Source of the DNA: Marinospirillum alkalitolerans
GTDB lineage: Bacteria; Pseudomonadota; Gammaproteobacteria; Pseudomonadales; Halomonadaceae
Assembly: GCF_045055655.1 (NCBI RefSeq)
Contig: NZ_JBANFI010000003.1
Span: 151,350 to 175,349, forward strand
Length of the DNA: 24,000 nucleotides
Direction: 5' to 3'
The translations under genes were made by a program, and so were the position numbers. The notes below the pieces were generated by a model that worked only from the letters and a program-made list of their open reading frames with translations, did no database searches and was not told the origin of the DNA. Positions 1 through 8,537 of this stretch are shown one piece after another. How positions within the stretch are numbered: the stretch's first letter is position 1; the number at the start of each line of letters is the position of its first letter.

Positions 1-697
1 GCTGCATGACACCAAGATCGACACTGAATGGCGCTCAGATTGGAAATGGCAGCGCGTCGCGCCCCACCTGAGCGATCTGCGCGGACGCTTGATCCTTGAT
101 GTTGGCGGCGGCAGTGGCTATCACGCTTGGCGCATGGCAGGCGCAGGAGCAGCACTGACTCTCTGCATAGATCCTTCCCCCCGTTATTTTGCCCAGTTTG
201 AAGCCGTCAAAAAGCTACTTGGGCCGCAGCTTTGCGAGCAGGTTTACCATCTGCCGCTGGGCATCGAAGACGTCCCGGAACAGCTCGAAGCCTTTGACAG
301 CGTCTTCTCGATGGGCGTGCTCTATCATCGCCGCTCACCGATCGATCATTTATTGGATCTCAAAGCCTGCCTGCGCTCAGGAGGAGAGCTGGTACTGGAA
401 ACACTGGTGGTTGAAGGTGGTGCGCAGCAGGTGCTCCTGCCACAAGATCGCTATGCAGCGATGCGCAATGTCTGGTTCCTGCCCTCTGTCGCGGCCCTCA
501 GCCTCTGGTTAGAAAGAGCTGGCTTTGCTGATGTACGCTGCGTTGATCTGAACCGCACCACAACCGAAGAGCAACGCAGTACAGACTGGATGCGCTTTCA
601 ATCTCTGGCTGACTTTCTTGATCCAGAAGATCCCAGCCGCACGCGTGAAGGCTACCCAGCCCCACTCAGGGCCGTGATGATCGCCCGCAAACCCTAG
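1..697 (+). CDS. cmoB: tRNA U34 carboxymethyltransferase CmoB, 5'-truncated at the window edge
   Basis: The frame is open from nt 2 ([45 protein letters not shown]...) to TAG at 695-697. It carries SAM-methyltransferase motif I (DVGGGSGY) and the CmoB-typical blocks [11 protein letters not shown] and GVLYHRRSP. The TTG/M at 89 in the ORF track is internal. Confidence 0.85.
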   Translation, partial: LHDTKIDTEWRSDWKWQRVAPHLSDLRGRLILDVGGGSGYHAWRMAGAGAALTLCIDPSPRYFAQFEAVKKLLGPQLCEQVYHLPLGIEDVPEQLEAFDSVFSMGVLYHRRSPIDHLLDLKACLRSGGELVLETLVVEGGAQQVLLPQDRYAAMRNVWFLPSVAALSLWLERAGFADVRCVDLNRTTTEEQRSTDWMRFQSLADFLDPEDPSRTREGYPAPLRAVMIARKP

Positions 698-707
698 AGA
701 CTTCCGG

Positions 708-740
708 CCGCTGGCCTCACCAGCGGTCACCCCTCTTTTT
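708..740 (+). terminator. Possible intrinsic terminator after cmoB
   Basis: 7-bp GC-rich stem CCGCTGG (708-714) / CCAGCGG (720-726) with a 5-nt loop. The T-run (736-740) starts 9 nt after the stem, so the geometry is imperfect. A second hairpin follows: CTTCTG 741-746 / CAGAAG 752-757. Confidence 0.35.
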
Positions 741-984
741 CTTCTGCTCAACAGAAGTGCCAACCCAGCGTTTTCCCTGCAACTGGCGAGCTTCACTCTT
801 CGGTGATAAAATCCGACTGTTTCACTCAGGCTTCTATAGCCTTTCGATCTAAAGCAGAAGATATTTTTTTGCATAAGATTATAAAAACAAACCATTTAAC
901 CTCGGCTATAAAAAGCCCTAGCATAGCCATCCTCTGCTTTTTTTATCCTTTATTCCTATTTTCAGGCGCCTTGAGGTCAGTTCC

Positions 985-1773
985 ATGAGCAAGTTTTATG
1001 CAGAAGAAGTTACCCATGTGAGTCACTGGACAGACCGCCTGTTCAGCTTCAAAACCACCCGCAGTGATGGACTGAGATTCAAAAACGGCCAGTTTGTGAT
1101 GATTGGCCTTGAAGTCGAAGGCAAGCCGCTGATGCGTGCCTATAGCATTGCCAGCCCCAACTATGAAGAAGAGCTGGAGTTTTTCAGCATCAAGGTGCCA
1201 GATGGCCCCCTGACCTCGCGCCTGCAACATTTGCAGATCGGCGATTCTTTATTTGTCAGTAAAAAACCGACTGGCACACTGGTATTAGACGATTTAAAAC
1301 CCGGCAAGCATCTCTATCTCTTTAGCACCGGCACAGGCTTGGCACCTTTTTTAAGCGTCATCCAGGATCCAGACACCTATGAGCGCTTCGAAAAGGTCAT
1401 CCTGCTGCATGGCGTTCGCCATGAAAAAGATCTGGCCTACCGTGAGTTCATCACTGGCGACCTGCTTGAACACCCCTATCTCAGTGAACAGATTGCTCAG
1501 CAACTCATCTACTACCCCACTGTCACGCGCGAGCCTTTTGTTTATCAAGGTCGAGCACAGCAGGGCAGAATCACCGAGCGAATGGCCAGCGGCGATCTGG
1601 CACGCGATCTGGGTCTACCTGAACTCAATCCAGAGACAGACCGCGCGATGATCTGCGGCAGCCCGATGATGCTGCGCGATATTTCTGCTGCGCTGGATGC
1701 ACGTGGCTTTCAGATTTCACCACGCATGGGTGAGGCCGGTGATTATGTCATCGAGCGGGCTTTTGTTGATTAA
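985..1773 (+). CDS. fpr: Ferredoxin--NADP+ reductase (bacterial Fpr subclass)
   Basis: 262 aa. FAD-binding RAYSIAS and NADP-binding LFSTGTGLAPF motifs; length and end-to-end resemblance to Azotobacter/Pseudomonas Fpr. GAGG RBS about 9 nt upstream of the ATG. Confidence 0.9.
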   Translation: MSKFYAEEVTHVSHWTDRLFSFKTTRSDGLRFKNGQFVMIGLEVEGKPLMRAYSIASPNYEEELEFFSIKVPDGPLTSRLQHLQIGDSLFVSKKPTGTLVLDDLKPGKHLYLFSTGTGLAPFLSVIQDPDTYERFEKVILLHGVRHEKDLAYREFITGDLLEHPYLSEQIAQQLIYYPTVTREPFVYQGRAQQGRITERMASGDLARDLGLPELNPETDRAMICGSPMMLRDISAALDARGFQISPRMGEAGDYVIERAFVD

Positions 1774-1917
1774 TGCGCCAAGGTGATGCAGAGATCCGTC
1801 AGCCAAGCAGGCGCGGCGGATCTCTGGCTCCAGCTGCTTCAGCGTCTTGTAGCAGAACCCCTCTGCATCTTGATAAAATAGAACAATCAAACTAGCTAGA
1901 AACGATGAGGAACCACT

Positions 1918-2283
1918 ATGAAGCATTCCGCTCTCTGCCGTCCCTTGCAAGGCCTTTTTTTGACCTTGCTGCTGGCCCTGCTCTCCAGTCATGTCTTCGC
2001 ACAAGAAGCCCCACTCACTGAGCGCGAAGCCCTGCAAGCCCAAGTTCTGGCGGGTGTCTGCGCCAGCTGCCACGGCACTGAAGGCCGTTTAAGCGGTGTG
2101 ATCCCAGCCATTGCGCAGCGCCCAGCTTCTGTTTTAGAAAGCCAGCTGCTGGCCTTTAAGCGTGGCGAGACACCGCATACCACGGTAATGGAGCGCCTTG
2201 CGCGCGGCTATACCGATGAAGAGCTGGCCCTGTTGGCCCGCTACTTTGCTCAGCCTCAAGCCTATCGTCCTACGCAGCCTTAA
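1918..2283 (+). CDS. Monoheme c-type cytochrome with signal peptide; likely small subunit of flavocytochrome c sulfide dehydrogenase (FccA/SoxE-like)
   Basis: 121 aa with an N-terminal signal peptide (LLLALLSSHVFAQE) and a single CASCH heme-binding motif. Lies 22 nt upstream of the FCSD flavoprotein gene. GAGGA RBS. Confidence 0.75.
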   Translation: MKHSALCRPLQGLFLTLLLALLSSHVFAQEAPLTEREALQAQVLAGVCASCHGTEGRLSGVIPAIAQRPASVLESQLLAFKRGETPHTTVMERLARGYTDEELALLARYFAQPQAYRPTQP

Positions 2284-2305
2284 TCCGACTTTTCAGGAGA
2301 GTGTC

Positions 2306-3604
2306 ATGTCTCAGTTTTCTCGTCGTCAATTCTTAAAAGCCGGTGGTGCCGCAGGTCTACTTCCTCTGGTGGGTGGGTGTGCTGCTTTAGGTGCTCGTTC
2401 AGGCTCAGCCGGTCGGGTCGTGGTCATCGGTGGTGGCTTTGGTGGGGCCACAGCCGCCAAGTATCTGAAGCGCGGTAATCCACAAGTGGAGGTCACCTTG
2501 GTAGAACCCAAGCGTGTCTTCCACACCTGCCCTTTTTCAAATCTGGTGCTCGCTGGCGAGCGTTCGATGGACAGCATTGCGCACAACTATGATGAGCTGA
2601 AGCAGGTTTATGGCGTGCGCGTCATTCATGCAACAGCCACAGATGTCGATCCGGTTGCACAGCGAGTCGTGCTGTCGAATGGTCAGCGCTTAGACTATGA
2701 CCGTCTGCTGCTGTCACCTGGCATCTCGATGCGCTGGAACGAGATCGAAGGCTATGATGAAGCCGCGGCACAACTGGCTCCCCATGCTTGGCAAGCCGGC
2801 CCACAAACCGAGCTTTTGCGTCGTCAACTCGAAGCGATGGAAGATGGCGGCACCTTTGTCCTCAGCGTACCGGCAGACCCCTTCCGCTGCCCGCCCGGAC
2901 CCTATGAGCGTGCGAGCTTAATCGCGCATTACTTTAGCCAGCACAAGCCTCGCTCAAAGGTTCTGATCCTCGATGCCAAGGACAACTTCTCTAAGCAGGG
3001 CCTGTTTATGCAGGGCTGGCGTGAACTCTATGGTGATCGCATCGAATGGGTTGGCCGTGCTCAGGATGGCGAAGTCACCCGTGTGGATGCGACGCGCTTA
3101 GAAGTCGAAACCGAATTCGGCACGCGTCATCGCGCCAGCGTCCTGAATGTGGTGCCGCCACAAAAAGCAGGCTGGATTGCCGAACGCGCAGGCGTCACCG
3201 ATGCTTCTGGCTGGGTACCAGTGAAGGCCAATACCTTTGAATCTCAGCAGGTTGCCAATATCTATGTTGTTGGCGATGCCACTGTTGCCGCTCCAATGCC
3301 CAAATCTGGTTTTGCCGCCAATGCGCAAGGCAAGGTGGCCGCTGCCGCGATTCTGGCCTCACTGGGTGGCTTTGAGCCAGTTGATCCTTACTGGGCCAAC
3401 ACCTGCTATAGCCTGGTGGGTCCTGAGTATGGCATCACCGTTGCTGGTGTTTATCGTGCCGAAAACCAGCGCGTCATCAGTGTTCCCGGCTCAGGTGGTG
3501 TCAGCCCGATGGAGGCCAGTGCGCAGTTCCGCCGCAATGAGGCAGCCTATGCCGTTGGCTGGTATAATGCGATCAGCCAAGATACCTGGGGCACTCAGCT
3601 TTAA
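2306..3604 (+). CDS. fccB: Flavocytochrome c sulfide dehydrogenase flavoprotein subunit (FccB/SoxF-like), Tat-exported
   Basis: Start chosen at ATG 2306: GGAGAG RBS, and the product begins with a twin-arginine signal (MSQFSRRQFLKAGG). FAD dinucleotide fold VVVIGGGFGGATAAKY, a redox-cysteine region (FRCPPGPYERA) and VGDA near the C-terminus. The longer ORF-track start at 2198 would overlap the cytochrome gene. Confidence 0.85.
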   Translation: MSQFSRRQFLKAGGAAGLLPLVGGCAALGARSGSAGRVVVIGGGFGGATAAKYLKRGNPQVEVTLVEPKRVFHTCPFSNLVLAGERSMDSIAHNYDELKQVYGVRVIHATATDVDPVAQRVVLSNGQRLDYDRLLLSPGISMRWNEIEGYDEAAAQLAPHAWQAGPQTELLRRQLEAMEDGGTFVLSVPADPFRCPPGPYERASLIAHYFSQHKPRSKVLILDAKDNFSKQGLFMQGWRELYGDRIEWVGRAQDGEVTRVDATRLEVETEFGTRHRASVLNVVPPQKAGWIAERAGVTDASGWVPVKANTFESQQVANIYVVGDATVAAPMPKSGFAANAQGKVAAAAILASLGGFEPVDPYWANTCYSLVGPEYGITVAGVYRAENQRVISVPGSGGVSPMEASAQFRRNEAAYAVGWYNAISQDTWGTQL

Positions 3605-3640
3605 TGCACCGGCGTATCTCAGCCTGTTGAGCGGATCAAG

Positions 3641-3672
3641 AGCAAGGGATGGGAAACCATCTCTTGCTTTTT
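3641..3672 (+). terminator. Rho-independent terminator after fccB
   Basis: 12-bp stem AGCAAGGGATGG (3641-3652) / CCATCTCTTGCT (3657-3668) with one G-U pair and a GAAA tetraloop, running directly into TTTTT (3668-3672). Confidence 0.75.
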
Positions 3673-3729
3673 GCTCTTCTGATCAGCAGAAGATCCCAGC
3701 CTTCACCTTTGCTGCAAGTGAGACGCCTC

Positions 3730-4824
3730 ATGTCTGATTGGTTTGCTGACCTCATTGATCAACCGCAAGTGCTGCTGCTTTTGGGCATGGCACTGATCGG
3801 CATCGCCTATGGCCTGATTGCACAATGGAGCCGCTTCTGCCTGCTTCGAGGTCTGCTGCATCGCTGGCAACATCAGGATAGCCGTAAGTTACAAGCCTTT
3901 GCCCTCGCTATGGCGACCAGTCTGCTGTTCACTCAGCTGGCACGGGTTCTTTTTGATCTCGATCTTGATCGCAGCGTCTTTTTTCCACGCGATTTCTCAC
4001 CGCTGCTTGTGTTGCTCGGTGGGGTGATCTTTGGCTATGGCATGACGCTGGCCAACGCCTGCGGTGCGCGCAGTGTGGTCCTGCTGGCAAGCGGCAATCT
4101 GCGCTCGGCCGTCACCCTGCTGGCTCTGGCACTGGGCGCGGGCATGACCCTGTCCGGCATCTTAGCCCCCCTGCGCCTGCTACTGGATGGCCTGCCTCTG
4201 CCACGCCTCAGTGGTGTCACACTACCTGAACTGTTCGGCCTTGCATCCAGCTGGGCGATGGTGGTGTTGATCAGCCTCTTACTTTTGGTATTGCTGGCCT
4301 TCTGCTTTTTAAGCTGTCCCCGCTGCCGCACCTCTGGGCGACGCTTAGCCCTAGATGGACGCGATGCCCTCGGCGGCTTGAGTCTTGGCCTGCTGATCGC
4401 GCTCAGCTGGTGGTGGACAGGCTGGGCAGCGCAAGACCCCTTTCAACCTCAGGCCCCCTCAGCGCTGAGCTTTATCGCTCCCATTGCACAAACCCAGCAG
4501 TACCTACTGCTGTCCACAGGCAGCCGCCTAAATCTGGGGGTGGTCTTGGTTCTGGGTGTCTTCTGCGGCGCGCTGGTGCGGGCGCTGCTGGCGAAGGAGT
4601 TTCGCTGGCAAGGCTTTGATTCCACCCGCCAAACCCATTTTTCTTTGCTCGGTGGATTCATGATGGGTGTAGGCGGGGTACTGGCTTTGGGCTGTAGCGT
4701 GGGGCAAGGGCTGAGTGGCTTTTCCACTCTGGCACTGACCAGCTTCTTTGCACTGGCCGGCATTCTACTGGGTACCCGCTGGGCCATGCGCAGACACCTT
4801 TCTTCTTCTCACCCTTCATCATAG
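3730..4824 (+). CDS. YeeE/YedE-family inner-membrane sulfur (thiosulfate) transport protein
   Basis: About 364 aa, polytopic and hydrophobic. Shows the duplicated YeeE/YedE halves, each with conserved cysteine blocks (WSRFCLLRG, LANACGARS, ALGCSVGQG). Start set at ATG 3730 because the ORF-track ATG at 3649 lies inside the upstream terminator hairpin. Confidence 0.8.
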   Translation: MSDWFADLIDQPQVLLLLGMALIGIAYGLIAQWSRFCLLRGLLHRWQHQDSRKLQAFALAMATSLLFTQLARVLFDLDLDRSVFFPRDFSPLLVLLGGVIFGYGMTLANACGARSVVLLASGNLRSAVTLLALALGAGMTLSGILAPLRLLLDGLPLPRLSGVTLPELFGLASSWAMVVLISLLLLVLLAFCFLSCPRCRTSGRRLALDGRDALGGLSLGLLIALSWWWTGWAAQDPFQPQAPSALSFIAPIAQTQQYLLLSTGSRLNLGVVLVLGVFCGALVRALLAKEFRWQGFDSTRQTHFSLLGGFMMGVGGVLALGCSVGQGLSGFSTLALTSFFALAGILLGTRWAMRRHLSSSHPSS

Positions 4825-4838
4825 ATAGGATGTTGATC

Positions 4839-5612
4839 ATGCGATTGAATCTGCAACACTGGAGTCTTCTCAGCCTGCTTCTGCTGCTGATCTCTACCTC
4901 GGCAGCAGCAGCAACGCGCTTTGCCCCCGTCGAAGCCCTGCTCGAAGGCGCTACGCCTCAAACACAAGGGCTGACACTTGAACTCCCCTTAGTCGCAGAT
5001 AATGGGGCCTCAGTTGATCTGAGCCTCCGCTTTGATGCAGCCTTGGCGGAGGGAGATCAATTAGAATTCATCACCCTTTTTGCCACAGAGAATCCACGCG
5101 CAGATATCCTGCGGGCCAGTTTTTTGGATGCACGGGTTGAACCTCAGCTGTCCACACGGATACGCCTGAACCAAAGCCAAACCGTGATTGCCGTCGCGCG
5201 TAGCCAACAAGGCCAATTCTGGATCGCAGAACAGCAGGTACGAGTGACCGTCAGCGGCTGTTTGATCGGCGGCGATGAAACCCAGATCACCAGTATGCAG
5301 CAACCACGCATCGCGCTGCCGCGTCGTCTGCAAGCAGGCCGCAGCATCGATATCCGCACCCTGATCAACCACCCCATGGAAACAGGGCTCACTCAGGTAA
5401 TCGGCGAACCGCTACGCGCACAAAACCTGATTGAATCCTTCACCCTTGAGCTCGATCAGCAGCCAGCCTTGCATCTGGAGTTACACACAGGCGTCGCGGC
5501 CAATCCCTATTTCCGTTTTGGTCTGATCCTGCCAGCCAGTACGCAAGCTAGCTTTATCTGGCAGGATCAACAGGGCGAAATACTGCGTGAAGAACGCCAG
5601 CTGCAACTCTGA
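4839..5612 (+). CDS. Fused SoxY-SoxZ sulfur carrier protein (periplasmic, Sec signal)
   Basis: The N-terminal half matches SoxY blocks (LELPLVADNGASV, ENPRADI, LSTRIRLNQSQTVIAVA, VRVTVSGC). The C-terminal half matches SoxZ blocks (IDIRTLINHPMETG, AANPYFRFG). Signal peptide LLSLLLLLISTSAAAA. ATG 4839 is preferred (AGGA 8 nt upstream); ATG 4830 is an alternative start. Confidence 0.75.
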   Translation: MRLNLQHWSLLSLLLLLISTSAAAATRFAPVEALLEGATPQTQGLTLELPLVADNGASVDLSLRFDAALAEGDQLEFITLFATENPRADILRASFLDARVEPQLSTRIRLNQSQTVIAVARSQQGQFWIAEQQVRVTVSGCLIGGDETQITSMQQPRIALPRRLQAGRSIDIRTLINHPMETGLTQVIGEPLRAQNLIESFTLELDQQPALHLELHTGVAANPYFRFGLILPASTQASFIWQDQQGEILREERQLQL

Positions 5613-5735
5613 GCCGCGCATGTTTCAGTTAGGAGCAGATAACCAAACGCTCTAAGAAATAGCTTTGTTATAACTCGATCTCGATTTAAGCTGTCCCCTA
5701 TTCTTGAATAGGTCTACTTTTATCGGGGTCGAACC

Positions 5736-6773
5736 ATGCTAAAAACACACGCTCCACAGTCTTCTGCGCCATCACCTTTACAGCGCGTTAAAACCTTGAG
5801 TCTGGCTCTTCTGTTGGCCGGTACAGCCAGTGTGGCTCAAGCCTCTAGCCTGCTCAATTCTTCTTATGATGTTGCGCGTGAGCTGTTTGCCGATTACAAC
5901 GTCCTGTTCGCCGAGCACTGGCAAAACACCACAGGTGAAGCGATCGAAATCCGCCAGTCTCATGGTGGCTCTTCACGCCAGGCACAGGCCATTATTCAAG
6001 GTCTCAGAGCCGATGTGGTGACTTATAACCAGGTCACGGATATCGATATTCTGCATCAGCGCGGCAATCTCCTACCTGCCAACTGGCGTGAACTGCTGCC
6101 CAATGACAGCTCGCCTTACTACTCCACCATGGCCTTTTTAGTGCGTGCCGATAACCCACGCAATATTCAAGACTGGGATGATCTGGCCCGCAGCGATGTC
6201 AGCAGCGTCCTGCCAAACCCCAAAACCTCAGGCAATGGCCGCTACACCTATTTGGCCGCTCTCGGCTTTGCGCAGCAAACCTTTGGCGAGGATCAAGCAG
6301 CGATAGATACTTTTATGCGCGGCTGGCTGAATCGTGTTGCCGTGTTTGATACAGGCGGGCGCGGTGCCACCAATACCTTTGTTGAGCGCAATATCGGTGA
6401 TGTGTTGATCACCTTTGAATCCGAAATCCTCGGTATTATTGAAGCCTTCCCAGAGCAGCAGTTTGAAATTGTGGTGCCTTCGATTAGCTTTCGCGCCGAG
6501 TTTCCTGTCGCCGTTGTAGAGCGCCACGCACAGCGCAATGGCAATCTAGAACGCGCACGCGCTTATCTTGAGCACCTTTATAGCGAGGAAGCCCAGCAGC
6601 TTTTAGCGCGCTTTAACCTGCGTGTGCATCATCCTGAAGTCGCCGCCGCTCACCAAGATCGCTTCCAAGCCTTGCAGCTGCTGGGTATTGAAGACATCGC
6701 CGGTAGCTGGGAAGCCGCCATGCAGCACCACTTTGCCAATGGTGGCCAGCTGGATCAGTATCAGCGCCGCTAG
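5736..6773 (+). CDS. Sulfate/thiosulfate ABC transporter periplasmic substrate-binding protein (Sbp/CysP)
   Basis: 345 aa with a signal peptide. Strong block similarity to E. coli Sbp (LLNSSYDVARELF, QSHGGSSRQA, NPKTSGNGRY, FDTGGRGATNTFVERNIGDVLI, HFANGGQLDQ). First gene upstream of cysTWA. Confidence 0.9.
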   Translation: MLKTHAPQSSAPSPLQRVKTLSLALLLAGTASVAQASSLLNSSYDVARELFADYNVLFAEHWQNTTGEAIEIRQSHGGSSRQAQAIIQGLRADVVTYNQVTDIDILHQRGNLLPANWRELLPNDSSPYYSTMAFLVRADNPRNIQDWDDLARSDVSSVLPNPKTSGNGRYTYLAALGFAQQTFGEDQAAIDTFMRGWLNRVAVFDTGGRGATNTFVERNIGDVLITFESEILGIIEAFPEQQFEIVVPSISFRAEFPVAVVERHAQRNGNLERARAYLEHLYSEEAQQLLARFNLRVHHPEVAAAHQDRFQALQLLGIEDIAGSWEAAMQHHFANGGQLDQYQRR

Positions 6774-6784
6774 GACCCCCCTCC

Positions 6785-7639
6785 ATGCCTACCTTTTTGC
6801 ACAAGCATCTTCGCGTTCAGGGCAAGCAAGTCTTGCCCGGTTTCACCCTCAGCCTGGGGGTGTCACTGCTTTTTATCAGCCTGATTCTTCTGTTGCCGAT
6901 CACGGGTCTGATCGTACAAACCAGTAGCATGAGCTGGCAGGAATACTGGCAGGTGATTTCTGATCCTCGCGTTGTCGCCTCTTATCGCGTCACTTTTTTG
7001 ATGGCGCTCGGAGCGTCACTGATCAACGGGGTGCTGGGATTGCTGCTGGCCTGGGTCTTGGTGCGCTATCACTTTTTTGGCAAGCGCCTGATTGATGCGA
7101 TGATCGACCTGCCCTTTGCGCTTCCTACGGCGATTGCAGGCCTGACGCTGGTCACCTTGTTTGCAGAAAATGGCTGGTATGGCCAGCTGCTGTCTCAAGT
7201 CGGCATTCAGGTCGCCTATGCACCAGCCGGCATACTGGTGGCGATGCTGTTCACCAGCCTGCCGTTTGTTGTTCGCAGTGTGCAGCCTGTTCTTGAAGAT
7301 TTGGCACAAGAGGATGAAGAAGCGGCGCTCAGTTTAGGCGCGTCAGATTTGACTGTCTTTCGACGGGTGCTCTTTCCAGCACTCTGGCCAGCGCTGTTGA
7401 TGGGGGTGAGCCTGTCACTGATCCGCAGCCTGGGTGAGTTTGGTGCGATCATCTTTATTGCCGGCAATATGCCCTATCTGACCGAAGTAACCAGCTTGAT
7501 GATTTTTATTCGTCTCCAAGAGTTTGATTATGCGGCAGCCAGCGCCATCGCCTCGGTGATTTTATTGACGTCACTCACGGCACTGCTGCTGATCAATATC
7601 TGGCAAACCCGCTACTTAAAGCGTATTCAGGGGCGTTAA
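6785..7639 (+). CDS. cysT: Sulfate ABC transporter permease CysT
   Basis: 284 aa. N-terminus VLPGFTLSLGVSLLFISLILLLP resembles E. coli CysT. EAA loop [12 protein letters not shown]. Operon position. Confidence 0.9.
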   Translation: MPTFLHKHLRVQGKQVLPGFTLSLGVSLLFISLILLLPITGLIVQTSSMSWQEYWQVISDPRVVASYRVTFLMALGASLINGVLGLLLAWVLVRYHFFGKRLIDAMIDLPFALPTAIAGLTLVTLFAENGWYGQLLSQVGIQVAYAPAGILVAMLFTSLPFVVRSVQPVLEDLAQEDEEAALSLGASDLTVFRRVLFPALWPALLMGVSLSLIRSLGEFGAIIFIAGNMPYLTEVTSLMIFIRLQEFDYAAASAIASVILLTSLTALLLINIWQTRYLKRIQGR

Positions 7640-7640
7640 T

Positions 7641-8537
7641 ATGGATTCCTCCACTCTCAGCCCACCCAGTGCAAGCAGCGTGAAGCCGCAGAAAAAAACC
7701 AGCAAGGCGCAAGGCCAGCGCGTGGGTGATCAGCCCTGGCTGCGTCGCTTGCTGATTGGCCTGGTCTTGCTGGCTGTTTTTTTACTGCTGGTGATGCCAC
7801 TGATTGCGATTTTTGTGCAGGCATTCAGTGCGGGCTGGTCCGGTTTTTGGACGAACCTCACCGATCACTACACCCTACACGCCATCGGACTGACTCTACT
7901 GGTCGCCGCCCTGACGGTACCGATCAATCTAGTCTTTGGTGTCCTGCTGGCTTGGCTGGTAACCCGCTTTGATTTTATCGGGCGCAAGCTGCTGATGACG
8001 CTGATTGATATTCCCTTTGCCGTCTCGCCGGTGGTCGCTGGTTTGATCTATCTGCTGCTCTACGGCAGTCAAGGCTGGCTCGGTGGCTGGTTGATGGACC
8101 ATGACCTACAAATCATGTTCGCCTGGCCGGGCCTGGTGCTGGTCACGGTGTTTATCACCTGCCCTTATGTGGCACGTGAGCTGATTCCGCTGATGCAGCA
8201 ACAGGGTTCAAGCGAAGAAGAAGCGGCGCTGAGCCTTGGTGCCAGTGGCTGGCAGATGTTTCGCCGAGTCACGCTGCCCAATATCCAATGGGCCTTGTTA
8301 TATGGCGTCATTTTAACCAATGCCCGTGCGGTGGGAGAATTTGGCTCGGTCTCGGTGGTATCAGGCAGTATTCGCGGTGAGACCAACACCCTACCCCTGC
8401 ATGTTGAGCTGTTGTACCAGGATTATAATCTCGTCGGTGCCTTTACCAGCGCCGCCCTGCTCGCCTGCCTCGCGCTGATCACGCTTGCCGCGAAGGCTTG
8501 GCTGGAGCAACGTCAAATGAAAGAGGTCGAGTCATGA
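7641..8537 (+). CDS. cysW: Sulfate ABC transporter permease CysW
   Basis: 298 aa polytopic protein with EAA loop [17 protein letters not shown]. Starts 1 nt after the cysT stop. The 4-nt ATGA overlap with cysA indicates translational coupling. Confidence 0.9.
   Translation: MDSSTLSPPSASSVKPQKKTSKAQGQRVGDQPWLRRLLIGLVLLAVFLLLVMPLIAIFVQAFSAGWSGFWTNLTDHYTLHAIGLTLLVAALTVPINLVFGVLLAWLVTRFDFIGRKLLMTLIDIPFAVSPVVAGLIYLLLYGSQGWLGGWLMDHDLQIMFAWPGLVLVTVFITCPYVARELIPLMQQQGSSEEEAALSLGASGWQMFRRVTLPNIQWALLYGVILTNARAVGEFGSVSVVSGSIRGETNTLPLHVELLYQDYNLVGAFTSAALLACLALITLAAKAWLEQRQMKEVES

Noticed and set aside
803-988. 61-aa ORF, and a 128-aa minus-strand ORF (509-895), in or overlapping the cmoB-fpr intergenic region
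   Set aside because: The region is AT-rich and promoter-like. The products are low-complexity with no RBS or motifs, and the minus-strand ORF overlaps the cmoB 3' end.
2198-2305. Longer ORF-track start for fccB (468 aa)
   Set aside because: The extension overlaps the 3' end of the cytochrome c gene. The protein only makes sense from ATG 2306, which begins with a Tat signal and has a GGAGAG RBS.
3649-3729. Longer start for the YeeE/YedE gene (391 aa)
   Set aside because: The ATG at 3649 lies inside the fccB terminator hairpin. The first conserved YeeE segment starts after ATG 3730.
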